A stretch of DNA of 64,000 nt from Octopus sinensis (Eukaryota), in the NCBI RefSeq assembly GCF_006345805.1, contig NC_043001.1:70866001-70930000 (forward strand). Reading direction: 5' to 3'. Position 1 is the stretch's first letter; each line of letters starts with the position of its first letter. Shown here piece by piece: positions 11,917 through 26,179 of the stretch. The notes beneath the pieces were generated by a model. That model was not told the DNA's origin. It did not search any database and saw only the letters and a program-made list of their open reading frames with translations. The position numbers and the translations under genes were made by a program.

Positions 11917-13280
11917 TATTTCCAACTTAAATGCAATTCTAACTGCTTTGATGGAGATAGCAGGGGTTACATTTCTCCAGTACTGAGCCAGAGTATAATC
12001 TATCGATTGTGCAATGATCGTATTTATACTCCTACGCAAGGATCCGTAACAATGTATATTGCTTTGGTAGTGGCAGATAAGTGACATGAACCTTCTACTA
12101 ATCATAGCTGAATAATCGATGAAAGTTTTCCTGCTCTCTATAAGGAACAAATTCTGTGTTTTGAGATTGCCGTGTCTTTCTTATCAATGCTAACATCCAT
12201 TTACAGATATCTACCGATTTTGAGTTGAAGAAGCCGCTTGTCTATTTCACCAGTCTGAGAAGAACTTCAACAAGCCGTAGGCAATCTTATAAAAACTATC
12301 TGTAAAAACTTTGTCTTTCATTACAACATCGTATATTATGTGAAGGCATATATGTTACTGTTTAGGGTGTCGAGCGATGACCATAAATACAGGAATTCGT
12401 TTCAAGGAGTGGACTGCACTTTGTGCCAATGTGGCATCACTTGTTTTTACGTTTCACAATAATTAGCTGAAGATGAGTTTCAGAACTGGTCGAGTTCCCT
12501 CTCATATACTTGCATTTCACTTTTTCAAGGGCCGAGATTGTCTACACTTACATAGGCAACTAAAACAACAATCGAAAGTACGGCACTATAAAATCGTATA
12601 CACTTTTGAGTAATGGGTACGGTTCTTTAATGTCTGCCCTTCCTCTTTTCTGTCAGTAGTGTGTAGTTTAACAGAAGATTGCTTTGATAACTCTTATAGG
12701 AGGTGAGTCTTAGTAAAACCTCCTTTGTTCTCATACATCCATAATCATAACACAAAATATAATGATGTATACTGTATTGATGAAATTACAATTAATGATG
12801 TAAGTTAAAGGAACGTAACTATTATAAAGCAGAATTCCTGCATGAGGGTTTCAAGAAAGAAAATGATTCGCTAAATTCGCTTCTGTAGCGATCACGATTT
12901 ACTGTCGCATGTATAACGCGTTATATTTTGTTAGATGAAACTTGTATAGAAATACTCGCGTGTTTTCATTGATAAAGTGGACCTACTATCAATAGTTTTC
13001 CAGTCAAGAGCACATTGTCTTTTGTACATATCTTGGAATACGGTATTTAAAATGTCCTTCATATTCCTAAAATGGTAATTTGTGAATTGCGGGGAAATCG
13101 CAGCTATTTCTATAAAGTTGAATGTATTTGTAGAATATTCTTCATAGCTTCGTCTACAAAAAAAAAGCGTGACTATTTGGCGTATAGTAAATAAAATCAA
13201 TATATATTGATATATAGCAAGTACAAAGTCCTGATTTCATTGGCTAAATGTAAAACTTGATCGATAACAATATTATAAAT

Positions 13281-13470
13281 CCGGGATATATTATAGATCT
13301 GAGTAGGCAGAATCTTCACCGCACCCGGCAAAATTCTTAGCAGTATTTCGTCTATCTTTATATTCTGAGCGTAAATTCCCTCGAGGGCGGTTTGCGTTTC
13401 ATCTTTCGGGATCGATAATTAAGAACCAGTCGAGCAATATGGTGGTTATCGAACTCGCTAACCTTCTGCT
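13281..13470 (+). mobile_element. Degenerate SINE (OR-like)
   Basis: ggcagaatc...aaattcttagcagtatttcgtc...tttcatctttcggg. Confidence 0.65.
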
Positions 13471-13816
13471 AAATTTTAAATCCAGTATTATAGATCTGGG
13501 AAGTTTGATGTCATATTCATTTCTCGGAGGGTTTTAACACGGCACGAGAGGAAAGGTCAGTAACGAAAAAAGATAAAACACTGCAACAGATACAAACGCA
13601 ACGCACCTGCAAACTATGAATATATAAATCATAAGAAAATTTTAGTTAAAAGTGTTTTTGAAAGAAACAGACCAACAGATGGATGAGTTTTTCTTCTGGA
13701 GTTTCAGTAGATTTCTTTTATCTATTTGTTATATCGAGGTCAGTGTATAAACGACTCATCCAGCTACTAAAACTGTGCAAAGTGTTGGTTAGTTTGACAC
13801 ACCGTAATGCTTCCAA

Positions 13817-14012
13817 TTTTAGGCACAAGGACAGGAATTTAAGTTGGATGGAAGTTGTCTATTACATAGACCCCATTGCTTTACTGGTCCATATTCTATC
13901 CACCACCAAAGGATAAAAGTTAAAGTTCACTTCGGGAGAATTTAAACTCAGAACATTAGGAGTCGGAAGAAATGCCGCTAAGTTTGTGTCCAAGGCGCTA
14001 ACAATTCTGCAG
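13817..14012 (-). mobile_element. Degenerate SINE (OR-like)
   Basis: Similar to 178-375. Confidence 0.6.
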
Positions 14013-14418
14013 TTGACTACCTCAGTTTGACATGTCATGATATTAATCCAAATATGTAGCCAAATAGTGGAATAAATTTTTGTCCATATGTTCCAATCTG
14101 TAGCATTTTTTAAAGAAAAGGATGATTTTGAGGCACGACTGAAATTAGATGAAATTCATAGAGAAATGTGATATTTCGATTGCGTAAATCTGAGTGTAGG
14201 TTAGTGTAGTGAATATGAGAGAATTGTTTTAGAAAGCATAGCAGTAATAAGCACACGATACGAAACCATTGTACGTCAGTTTACTCGGTAGGTCAAAATG
14301 CCAGTAGTTCGATAAGTGTGAACTATTTTGAAGAAAATAAATTTATAAACTCCAATGGAAATGAATAACATCTCAACGACATAAAGTGAAGAAAATTTAT
14401 ATTCATAATAATGCCGTT

Positions 14419-14680
14419 GACGATTATGATGATGATGATGATGATGATGATGATGGTGGTTGTGGTGGTGGTGGTGGTGGTGGCGGCGATCATTATCATC
14501 ATCATCAACATCATCATCGTTATCCCTATCGCTACCTCATTCATGCATTAGTAGTATCATTATTTCCGTCGTCGTCGTTGTACTCGTTGTTGCCGTCGCC
14601 CTCATTGCCACCGTCGTCGTCTTTATAACCATCATTATCATTATTAACACCACGATTTGTTGATCATCAATATCTCCATC
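14419..14680. repeat. Compound GAT/GGT/CAT/GTC trinucleotide array
   Basis: Direct reading. Confidence 0.85.
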
Positions 14681-15789
14681 GTCATCTCCATGACGAGAAT
14701 ATATAGTAGAATTAAAATGTAGAGAAAACGAAAGAAAAAGGAGAAACGATGAAAAACAAACTCCCATCTATCTTATATCCACGAAAGCTTTCCTAAAGAC
14801 AGTTTTATAGTATTTGTTTATCTGTTACGTTGATAATAACTTTAATAAAACTGGTTGTGTTTCTAATCAGTTCTTAGAGCAGAATTTCAGAAGCTCCTCA
14901 ATAAAGACAAATTCTGTTGCTTTAAATCCTGAAATAATGCGATGCAAATTTACTATCTTCTTCCAAGCTTTTCGTTTGATGATTTAATACATTAATCTCA
15001 CATGATAATGGACATCCTAACTCTATATCTCGTGTCAACTGCTTATTTAAATTCTCACTTTGCGAAACACAGATAAACGTGAACGGCTTGTCTGGTGTAT
15101 AATTACTGAATAGTAACACTGGGAAGTATTTTTATAGAGGAGAATGATGTTTGAATATGAATAAATAGTTCCGTGATCAAATACGTTTCAATTTGCCTTT
15201 TATGAGTATATGTGTGGGTATATGTGTATCTGTGTGTGCGCGTGTTTTAATGTACCTATGTATGTATCGTTTCTTAATTTCAGTCACTGGACACCACATG
15301 TGCTGAGCTACCGCCTTAAAGGCATTAGTCAAATAATTCAACCCCACATTTTATCTTTTAAGAAACCCAATAATATTCTATCCTTATATTTGCTAAATCC
15401 CTAAGTTAAATCCCACACGAAACAAAACGGGTTATTAATTGGTATTGTGGTACAAACAAAAACACGAGGCATAGATATATGAATATCTTTATATTTTTGC
15501 TTAACTTATTTTAGTCATTTGACTGAGCCCTCCCTGTGTTATTTCCTTCAAGAGTTTAGTCAAACAAATCGAAAATGCGTTTCTTTTTGTTTGTTTGTTT
15601 GTGCGCATGTGTGTGCTTCAGCGTGCATGTGTATACACATATGTATGCATGCATGTATGTATATATGTATATATGCATGTATATGTATGTATGCATATAT
15701 GTATGTATTCTGCATATGCATGAGTTTGTGTGCATGTTTATGTGTTTGTGTGTATATTATCCCCCCTAGACATGATATTTTTTAGTGGG

Positions 15790-15987
15790 GACAATTTGCA
15801 ACGTTTTGGAAAAGGGTCCGTAGGTCCCTTAGTAGAGCACCTAGGCTTAGGCCCACTTCCATCGTCTTCCTCGGAAAATTTTACAAGAATTAAGATTTAC
15901 TTCTTATATTGATATTATAGCCTTTCGTCCTATAAATAGAGAGATAGATACACACGCATACGTTCATCTTAGAGGGATATATATATA

Positions 15988-16049
<62 letters not shown>

Positions 16050-16260
16050 AGGGGGGGAGAATTCACGAAAAAAACAAAAGACGAAGACAGGTGGTGTAGA
16101 AAACAAACAGATGTATTAGTATAACGCTCGGGAATTGAAAAAGTCTTAAACGTTTCGAGCCTACACTCTTCCACAGAAAGAAACACAGAAAGAAACAGAG
16201 AGAAACAAGGAGAGAAAAAATGTGTGTAGTGGCTAACGATCTATCATGTCGAAATATATA
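15790..16260 (-). mobile_element. Penelope-like terminal-repeat fragment
   Basis: Minus strand ...gaagagtgtaggctcgaaacgtt HHR-like end motif; embedded in (TA)n. Confidence 0.5.
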
Positions 16261-16304
16261 TGTGTGTGTGTGTGTGTGTGTGTATATACATATATAGATA
16301 CTTA

Positions 16305-16316
16305 AGATAGATAGAT

Positions 16317-16412
<96 letters not shown>
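16305..16412. repeat. (GATA)n microsatellite
   Basis: Direct reading. Confidence 0.97.
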
Positions 16413-16413
<1 letters not shown>

Positions 16414-16467
16414 TTACCGAAGAATAGGATATAAAGTGAAAGGGTTTTTTTTGTCATTTTCAACTTG

Positions 16468-16610
16468 CAAGTAAGAAGCTCAGTCTGCAACTACGTGATT
16501 TCTGGTTCAATCCCAATGCGCAACACCTTAGTAAGTGCCTACTGCTATAGAACTGGGTCTTCGAAAGCGAGTGTGAATTTTGTTAACACAAACATTGAGG
16601 AAGCTCGTTG
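16468..16610 (+). mobile_element. Degenerate SINE head (OK-like)
   Basis: ggttcaatcccaatgcgcaacaccttagtaagtg. Confidence 0.55.
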
Positions 16611-16983
16611 TTGGACACACACACACACACACATACATATGATCCAGTCATGGAGGTGTGGGAAGAATGTTAACTTCAAACAATCGGCAGTAAAAATATT
16701 AAAAAAAACAACTTTCAGGGACAATGGTGGTTTATTGAAACGGAAGGTTGTGGATTCTTTTCGTATCGAATTACTATAAACCGAAAAAGTTCTTTTTATA
16801 TTTCACGGTAGTCGACCAGTGTTGTCGGGTATGCGAATAATGGAGTAGATAAGATCCGGTTTACATATGTTTGATAGCCAGCGGAATCTCAGAAGTGGTA
16901 AATGGTAAATAACCAAGCTAATTGTATACCACAGGTTAATCTTCAGGCTAAGGATATCTTGATTAAATGAAAGATTATGTTGT

Positions 16984-18174
16984 CGCAAGGAGGTACATGT
17001 TAACACATGGAAGACTCAATCAGAACGTGTAGAGAACACGGTAGGAGAGGAGAATATAAATGTAGAGAGAAAGAAGGAAAAATGCTAGAGTGAGCAACCA
17101 CTACTCCAGTTTTAATTCCCAAACAAAATCCAACAGTACATCGTTATCTCAGCTTATCAAGAAACGAAAGATTGATTCAACTCCTTACACTCCCTAGTGG
17201 TCCATAGTCACCCACGCCAATCCATACAGCAGCTATAACAAACGTGATCTCTAGCTGCACTCTTAGCTATTTTGCAATCCACGGATTGACTTAATGAACG
17301 TAGCAGTATAATTTTTACCTGCAAACATCGATCACTAAATCTATTCTAGAAATACAAATAACACCTACCCCATCCCGCCTTCCCACTAAGCTTCATAAAT
17401 TTTCTCTCTTATTAACCCTCACTATATATTAAACCAACAATATATCTTCCATTTAATTCCTTATTGTCATTTACATACTTATCTCTGTATTTTCTCTACC
17501 ATTTAAATTTTTTCTCTTATTTTACCTGCTTCACCCCTGCCACTACCCTCCCTTCGTAAACTTACAACTATATACGCTAACATACACCTCTACGACTTCA
17601 TACTGTAAACATGCTTACCGCACACATATACATTCTTCAGTCGTATGAAAATCAGTAGCAGTCGAAGCGATTCTTCCCCATTCTCTCTTGCTTTCTTCCT
17701 GCATATGCATTTTCTTCCCTTAGACCAAAAACATCTCTTCACCTTCTTCCTTCTACATAATTTTGTTCTAATACCACCCTCCTTGCTAATTTCTGGGATT
17801 CGGCCAAAACAGCCCTATTGAATACTACCGGTCAAATGACCGGACTTAAATTCCTCATTCACTCCTGCTTTCTTTACGCATTCTTTTTTCTCCACCTTAA
17901 TCAAAATATTTCCCCACTCTCTTCCCTCAACATTATCTTTTTCTCAGATACCACTCTCTTGGCTACTTTCTGTGATTCGGCAAAAACAGCCCCATTGAAT
18001 ACTACCGGTCAAATGACTTTGCTTGTATTACTCATTCCGCCCTCTCCCTTACATTTTTCTCTTTTATTCCTTCTTTTAATCCTTGTTTCGCTCTACATTT
18101 ATATTCTCTTGTCCTACCGTGATCTCTACACATTCTGATTGAATCTTCTATGCGTTTACATGTACCTCTGTATC
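16984..18174. mobile_element. ~1.2-kb unit bounded by ~95-bp diverged inverted repeats
   Basis: 16984-17078 is the reverse complement of 18081-18174; internal direct repeat near 17770-17835 and 17947-18015. Confidence 0.55.
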
Positions 18175-18509
18175 GCCTTTGACTAAAAGTTTTGTAAAGC
18201 ATTTTCAATTCCTAACGCATTTCAATTCACAACAACCGAAAATATGTAATTATCTAAATGTGTACAGTATGTGTACTTACAAAAATTTTGTACACACACA
18301 TAGACACAAATACATAGATGTAGGCTTGTATATCTACATGTGTGTGTGTGTGTGTGTGTGCGTGTGTGTGTGTGTGTGTCTTTGTACTTGAATTTGTACC
18401 TCCGTCACTACTTGGTGTGTTTATATTTTCGGTACTTAGCGGTTCGGGGCAGAGGAGACAAATAGCACAAGTAAAAAAAGAAAAGAGAATATATATATAT
18501 ATATATATA

Positions 18510-19947
18510 TTAAGGTATGTAGAAAAATACAACATGGACAAGAACGTATAACTCATAGAAGACGATACAATAAACATGGACAGGACATTCGAACCCCTCA
18601 GTCTTCAGTCAAGAACCGGATCATCGTAGTAATTTCGGCTGATTAATCTTGAGATTACTAGATCACGGCCAGCCCTCCAAGAAAAACTAAGCTGGAAGCG
18701 TAGATTTCCTGGAAGAAGGATCGAATGCATACGAACACCAGGACAGCAAAAGGGACAGATATAAAAAAAAAAAAAAAAAAAAAAAACAATAATGGAATAC
18801 AGAAACATGAAATACAGAAGCATTAACGGTGAAAACAACAAGTGTCTTACGACTGATAACAAGCAAACAATTTTTTTCTCTGGCGCATTGGAAAAAGCCT
18901 TTATAGCGGCGGACGAAGAACAACGATGTTAACACGACGAGGGTCAGGAGCTGAAAGGCAGATTTCGGCCAACAGTCACGTGACAGAGAAGAGAGAGAGA
19001 GAAAAGGGGGACAAAACGCAACAAAGAGAGAGAAGAGAGAGAAAGAAGGAATCAGAGAGGAGAATGGATGGGTGTCGAAGAATGACCTGTGAGTGCAGAG
19101 CGAGACAAAGAAATAGGAGGGTAGTGGAAGACTAGACCAAAGGATCAGAGGAAAGAGAAGATGAATAGAGAGAAAGTAAAAATGAGAGAGAGAGAGAGAC
19201 AAACAGAGAGTCGTACCAATTATTAAGAATATGTGTTCACATTAATGATAAAGGGGTACGGGGCGCCTGGAATATATGTTAAGGTATGTAGAAAAATACA
19301 ACATGGACAAGAACGTATAACTCATAGAAGACGATACAATAACATGGACAGGACATTCGAACCCCTCAGTCTTCAGTCAAGAACCGGATCATCGTAGTAA
19401 TTTCGGCTGATTAATCTTGAGATTACTAGATCACGGCCAGCCCTCCAAGAAAAACTAAGCTGGAAGCGTAGATTTCCTGGAAGAAGGATCGAATGCATAC
19501 GAACACCAGGACAGCAAAAGGGACAGATATATATAAAAAAAAAAAAAAAAAACAATAATGGAATACAGAAACATGAAATACAGAAGCATTAACGGTGAAA
19601 ACAACAAGTGTCTTACGACTGATAACAAGCAAACAAATTTTTTCTCTGGCGCATTGGAAAAAGCCTTTATAGCGGCGGACGAAGAACAACGATGTTAACA
19701 CGACGAGGGTCAGGAGCTGAAAGGCAGATTTCGGCCAACAGTCACGTGACAGAGAAGAGAGAGAGAGAAAAGGGGGACAAAACGCAACAAGAGAGAGAAG
19801 AGAGAGAAAGAAGAATCAGAGAGGAGAAGGGATGGGTGTCGAAGAATGACCTGTGAGTGCAGAGCGAGACAAAGAAATAGGAGGGTAGTGGAAGACTAGA
19901 CCAAAGGATCAGAGGAAAGAGAAGATGAATAGAGAGAAAGTAAAAAT

Positions 19948-19950
<3 letters not shown>
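18510..19950. repeat. Near-identical tandem duplication, period ~769 bp (possibly Penelope terminal repeat)
   Basis: ttaaggtatgtagaaaaatac starts at 18510 and 19279; flanked by (TA)n. Confidence 0.85.
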
Positions 19951-20012
<62 letters not shown>

Positions 20013-20754
20013 TATGCGTATATATATATAGGCATATTTATGTAAGTATATATGTGTGCGAGTAGGTGTGAGTGTATATTTGTGTGTGTGTGTTTATGCA
20101 TACACACACATATAGGCGCACACACATTCGGCTAAATATACACTTTCTTTCCTTCAGGAACGAGACGCTTGCTTCATATCCTGTACGAAATAATTGCACA
20201 ACAAAGGAGGTTTTGTTCAATTCCCGTAAAAGGTTTATTCAGATAAACATTGCAGTCTCTAAGAACTCTTAATGTGACAAAGGCACAATTAGACTTGGCA
20301 AGTTTATTACATTAAAAGTGTCATACCAATTGCTGAATTCAATTGGACTTGTTAATGCAAATAACATCGATTGTGTAAAAGAGATTAATCTAGTGACATC
20401 ATTTTAAATGGATCTATCAATGTATTCTAGCTGGCATCTTGTTTTAGAAAATGAGGAAAGAGATGCGGAAATTCCAAAATTGGATAATATCTATTTTTGA
20501 ACTGTGAAGACTGGATACTAAGAAGACTGTTAGGAAAAAAAATTGAATCTTATTAGAATCTCATATAAGGTCTTAGATATTCCTTGATACTTTTAACAGC
20601 GTTTACTTAGTGCTTATTCTTGTTATTTGTTATATTATTTCAGAAAATGTCTATACACTTTAATTTTTTTTCAAAGCTATTACCTTTTATAACACAAGGC
20701 TGCCTGTCAAGGGTCGCCTCTTTTGTGTGTAAATGTACACTAATTTTGTATGTA

Positions 20755-20826
<72 letters not shown>

Positions 20827-20859
20827 GAATATATATATATATATATTATGAAAGGAAGA

Positions 20860-21030
20860 AGCAGTACGTTGGTTCCGACGACGAGGGTCCTAGTTCATAC
20901 GATCAAAGGAACACCCTGCTCGTAAAATTAACGTGCATGTGGTTGAACACTTCACGGACACGTGAACACTTAACGCAGTTCTCAGGGAGATTCATCGTGG
21001 CACAGAGTGTCACAAGGCTGGCTCTTTAAA
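20860..21030 (+). mobile_element. SINE-like interspersed repeat fragment
   Basis: gacgagggtcc...aaattaacgtgcatgtgg...cacagagtgtcacaaggctgg, recognised as a common octopus repeat. Confidence 0.5.
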
Positions 21031-21580
21031 GTCCAGCTTAGCGGACTGGAGGCATATGAGATCCCTGGCCTGGCAGTGCTACCGAGAAGCGCTACCCGTT
21101 CGGGATAAGCTCTATAGGCATGGCTCGAGAAACACGGAGCCGACCTGCCCGAGATGCGGGCAGAGCGACGAAACCGTTCTGCACGCAATCGTGCAGTGTC
21201 CAACAATCTCAGACCTGTGTGCTTATGTTGAACGACATAATTTATACAGAGAGTTGCTTATTTGCAAAAAAAAAAATAGAAATATAACTTCATTGACCGA
21301 GGTTAATGTGGTCTTTTCCGTAGGCTTTTCTTTCCACAAGTAAACCTCACCTGCCCTCCCCTTTACACTTTATATTGACATTTCTGTGATAACGATCCCT
21401 ATTGATCAATTTCCCCCACCCTTTTTTAATTTTATTTTATCCCCCCCCCTTTTTTGTCCTCCTCCTCTCCTTTTACGATCCCTTTTGATCGAAAACCAAA
21501 CCCCCTTTTTTACCCCCAAAAGAAAAGCTCTACCTTGTAATTTGTCCTGTCTGTGTGCAGCCCTGTGTGGCTAATAAAGG
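21030..21580 (+). mobile_element. L1/Tx1 3' fragment (zf-RVT)
   Basis: WQCYREALPVRDKL..CPRCGQSDETVLHAIVQC; 3' end gccctgtgtggctaataaa. Confidence 0.8.
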
Positions 21581-22189
21581 AACATCTCTCTTAATTGCTA
21601 TGATAAATTGTACCATTTCTCTTAGCTGACATATACATTTATAGGATGTAATTAAAATGATGAATTGAGATAAAATAGGCATCATATATAGATGTTTTCT
21701 TATCGTTTTCCATGCATTATTGATAATCATAGATTCACATTGGAAATTATCTGATACACTCGCAATTCTATGATCAATTATATATCTTCCCGGTAGATTT
21801 TCTTTTCTTTTTTTTTCTTTTGACATGCAAGAACTTGCATGCAGTTTCCTCTCCAGTAATTATTAATATTAAATTCCTTTTGTTTAGTTAGGATATATAT
21901 TTTATACAAAATATATATTATATTGTGTTCTAGTAGGTAAGTTAAATGTCAGTAACAACTATAACAAGGTGACTGTTTGTTGTGTCATAATTACATATGA
22001 GCAGATCACGTGGAAATTGTATGTTTTACAAACGCTCTGATATTTCATTTGTTGCATAAATTTATAGAATTTTTAACATCTCTATATTATCTTTTTTTTC
22101 CATTAAATCTTCTATGTTAATCCGAGATTAAAATTATGGAATCGTGATTCGTCAACATATGTCGTGCAAAAAATATTCTATAACAAAAC

Positions 22190-22720
22190 CCGATATAAAT
22201 GTTGATTGGTTAATGATGATGTAACGAAGGCCAACGTTTTAGATATTCACTTAACTTACACAAGGATATAAGCAATATCAATTTTAATTTATACAGCAAT
22301 ACCAAACAGAGGAAGGGACACAACCCTTATTTAAACCCTTCTTTTCATTCTAAAGGTAAATCGATGTCTTTTAAAGATAGTTACACTAATAATAAGGCAA
22401 CTAATAGTAAAACCTTTTGGTTGATTATTCCTTATGGGAGGCAAATTAAATCTAATCTTCCTTTGCAGTTTCGGGAAGCTATTATTAGAAATTTTTCAAA
22501 GAAATCTAGGTATTGCTCTATTATCAACTCGCACACGATTAGGATTGCTTTGGCCAACACAAAAAATCTCTTACAAATTATCATCTTATAAAGAGGGGGA
22601 AAGGGTATAAGAGATATGAAAAATGATTTAACCCGAGAAGTGCATGATGAGAGCTGTTAAATCGAGTGAACTCGGAACCGATTCTACTGAACGCTTTAGT
22701 TCAATCGATCAGGTAGGGCC
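22190..22720 (+). mobile_element. Degenerate Penelope-like RT C-terminal fragment
   Basis: FWLIIPY...IINSHTIRIALANTKNL resembles the PLE WFNPPY...FNRNTVKISY region. Confidence 0.55.
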
Positions 22721-22869
22721 ATACAATAGTAACGTAGGGTAGTCCCTTACGCTGCTAATTACTGATCGTCTGACAGATCGTTACTACAAGTTCAAGCAAT
22801 TGAAACCAGCCAACGTCAAAAATGGATGGCCAAGTTATTCCTTTTGGATGTAAAATTTTTGTTTCTTGT

Positions 22870-23502
22870 GTCTACAGTAGATGCAATTTTGGCGATTAAT
22901 TCAACCATTTAATTTAAATGTAGCATCACTGTTTCAACCAATTTTTTATTGGAATATGTGCACATATTGTACAAATATTGCCACATATTGCCAAGTAGCA
23001 CTAGAAAAGTTCCACTCTCAATTTTGGATCATTTTCATCGAGAACTTGAAATATACCTGGCATGTGACTTTTCCAATAACACTTGAAAATTCGATAGATT
23101 TTTGATTTTGGCATTCTTATATCACAGCTCATTTGCTGCACACATTTTCTTGAATTCTGGCAATACTTTTCCAGTAGCTATTCTTCGTTTGTGGATCTAG
23201 TCGATGTCCACTGTCTTTTGGAGTATCTTTTGTGGACACTCTGGATAATTCCATCAGCTTCAAGCTTATTCAAGCGATGCTAAGTTGCGTAGCAAGATCC
23301 CGTTGAAGTTCCTTTTAAGATCGTCTTTGCACTTAGTTTATGTTTAGAAGCAATTTAGGAATAATTTACTTTCTTCAAAGTTTAATTTTCGACAGTTTAT
23401 TTCCTCCATTATTTCTAACGGGTTAAACATTAAAACAACAACGAAATTTAAGTGAGCTCTCAGCTGTTAAAATGAGTATATATGTTTTGGGTCACCCTGT
23501 AC
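22870..23502 (-). mobile_element. 5' part of a decayed Tc1/mariner-superfamily transposon
   Basis: tacagggtgacccaaaa TIR-like end; remnants of a transposase N-terminus. Confidence 0.5.
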
Positions 23503-24145
23503 ATTTATGTGTGTGTATGTGAGAGAGACAGGCAGAGTCGGTGCGTCTAAGTATGTATGTATGTATGTATGTATGTATTATGTATGTATGTATGTATGTT
23601 AGTATGTTAGTATGTATGTATGTATGTATGTATGGTACGTTGATATTTAAGTACAATCTAAAACTTGTAAAACAATGGACAACAGCGCTAACTCAAATTC
23701 AACCACGAATCTCCAAATTACAGATGACCGTGATAACCGTTATACCAAAACGATCTACAATCGATTTTAATGCAAGAAGGAATCAAAACATGACAAGCTA
23801 CCATATAGATCAGAAATATATCTCAAAACAATATAGCTGCCTCACTTTCGACACATCGTGTCTGCATTGAAGAATAGGAAAAATAGTTCTTATACAAATT
23901 GAGTTACTCTAACAACGAGAGCCAATTAAAGGGCATGAGTCAGTGAAAAAATAGTTATGCGCACTTTACGTTTTGTATTACTTTTGACGCAACCTTCGCG
24001 TATGTCAAGACTGAGACTGAAACCTCGTGATTGTAGGGTTCTTTTTAATTACAGAGCCATTCCTGCGACTACAAATATGTATTCACTAACTCTAAATGTG
24101 CGTGTATATATATATACATACATACATACATACATACATACATAA

Positions 24146-24284
<139 letters not shown>

Positions 24285-25176
24285 CGTTTAACCATTATAT
24301 ATTCTAAGAGTAGATTGTTCAATATTTAAAGAACACGCAACTATAGGAAATATACATCCACTTTTGACGTATATTATTACAAAATAATGAGCAAATCTAA
24401 ACGCTGAAATAAAATATGTATATGCACACGTAATTAAATATTAAACATTGAAACTGTAATTATTACAGATTACGATTTCAAAGAATAAATAACGTTTTTC
24501 ACACTATATGGGGTAACCAGGATTTGTCTTGTCACAGAGTTTCAAACTAGAGTAAGTAAGGAAGTAAAGTAAGCTTTCTTCACAAAATCTGTGATTTTGC
24601 TTTACTGCCATATCCAAAAATAAAAAGACATCGGAGCTGTTTTTACATTCTTTTCTCTCACAACTGGCCATATCTCTGAAATACAAAACATATTCAAGCC
24701 CATTGTCACCTAGCAAAAGCATTTTCGGAATAGTCAACAGTTAGAAAGTTATCAAATGCAGATTTGTGATGGCAAAGTTCCAAGAAGAACATACATACCA
24801 TGAAGTTCTTTTTACAGATCTCTGACCAGCTTGATGAAAAGTGACCTTGACTCATGCTACCTCACAATGAAAACATTACGGACACATTCAAAGTACCAAT
24901 TTTCAATAAAATGCCCCATCTAGTATGCAAAGGAGGACGCACTAAATTAATTAGAGCGTTGACATATCTGCAGAAAATTCCGCAAATATGAGACATGTAT
25001 GGTCTCAAGGACCACAAAAATATATTGTTTCTTAACATCTAATTGTATAAAGAACATTTCTGTCATCATCATGACATTTGAAACTAGTTTGGTTAAAAAT
25101 AGTGGAAGATGCTCAAGTTTGATACTTTTATTTACTGAAGATACTTAAATCTTGACTTCTGTTTTCATTTTTGTAG

Positions 25177-25315
25177 TTGTATTTACTATAAATGATATTC
25201 AAAAACTGTTTCCAAAGTTGTGTCAAACCCCATACATAGATTCGCACTTAATGACAAATATGTCCTTAGAAATAGTGACAATACCAGAAATGTTGAAAAT
25301 TGGACATCTGGGAAG
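25177..25315 (+). CDS. Candidate coding exon of an unidentified gene (VFTINDIQKLFPKLCQTPYIDSHLMTNMSLEIVTIPEMLKIGHLG)
   Basis: Acceptor ttttcatttttgtag, open frame, donor AG|gtgaaa. Confidence 0.3.
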
Positions 25316-25947
25316 GTGAAAAATATTGACGTTATAGAGAAAAGTGGATTTCATCTTTGAAATCAACATCCCAGTATTAGTAGGAAACTTGTTTCCAACA
25401 TCACACAACAAAATCTCTGCTCCTTAGTGTTATATTTTATACTTATATTCTTTATTTTCTCTTCTCGTTTCCTCATTCTTATTAAGCAGTCAAACGAGTA
25501 TATGTCTTATTTAATTTTGATGAGTCTGTGATTTGTAAACTTGACTATTCAAACTTGCCCAACTCATACAACCACTAAGTAACCAAGGAAAAAAGCGGTG
25601 GACGCTCAATTCTATGGTGTACACTTCCCTTCTCATTAAATGTTAAGAACTAGCCAAATCCTTTTTAATATATTAGACTCCGACTTCCGTCGCCATCATT
25701 AATATTGCTCTATCTTTAATAGATCTTCTTTAAAGCTATCCTTTATGTCTACCGGAACAGACTTTAATAGACGAACACTTTCTCTCTATTATCATAATAT
25801 ACACGGAACCAAATCTGAATAATCGAGCGCCCGACTCATACTTTGCTCCAGCATCGAACCCGATACCTTAGACCATAACGAAGAACCAATCCTAACAACA
25901 CTAACCAGAACACTAGTAACTTGACCTATACAAATACAGATAGGATA

Positions 25948-26094
<147 letters not shown>

Positions 26095-26179
26095 GCAAAA
26101 CAACAACATGGAACAATCTGCCCCTATTTCTAACCTCTCACTAGACAGTATTACTTCCTCCACTCCTGAAATTAATCCC

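Noticed and set aside
11930-12900. Possible decayed transposase on the minus strand
   Set aside because: No unambiguous DDE or DDD motifs recovered
18570-18625. Hammerhead-like CTGAAGA...CGAATGTC on the minus strand
   Set aside because: GAAA is broken and no stem I pairing exists; mentioned only as a remnant
22640-22690. ATGATGA-GAG...CTC-GGAA hammerhead-like remnant after the Penelope fragment
   Set aside because: Two core mismatches and poor stems I and III
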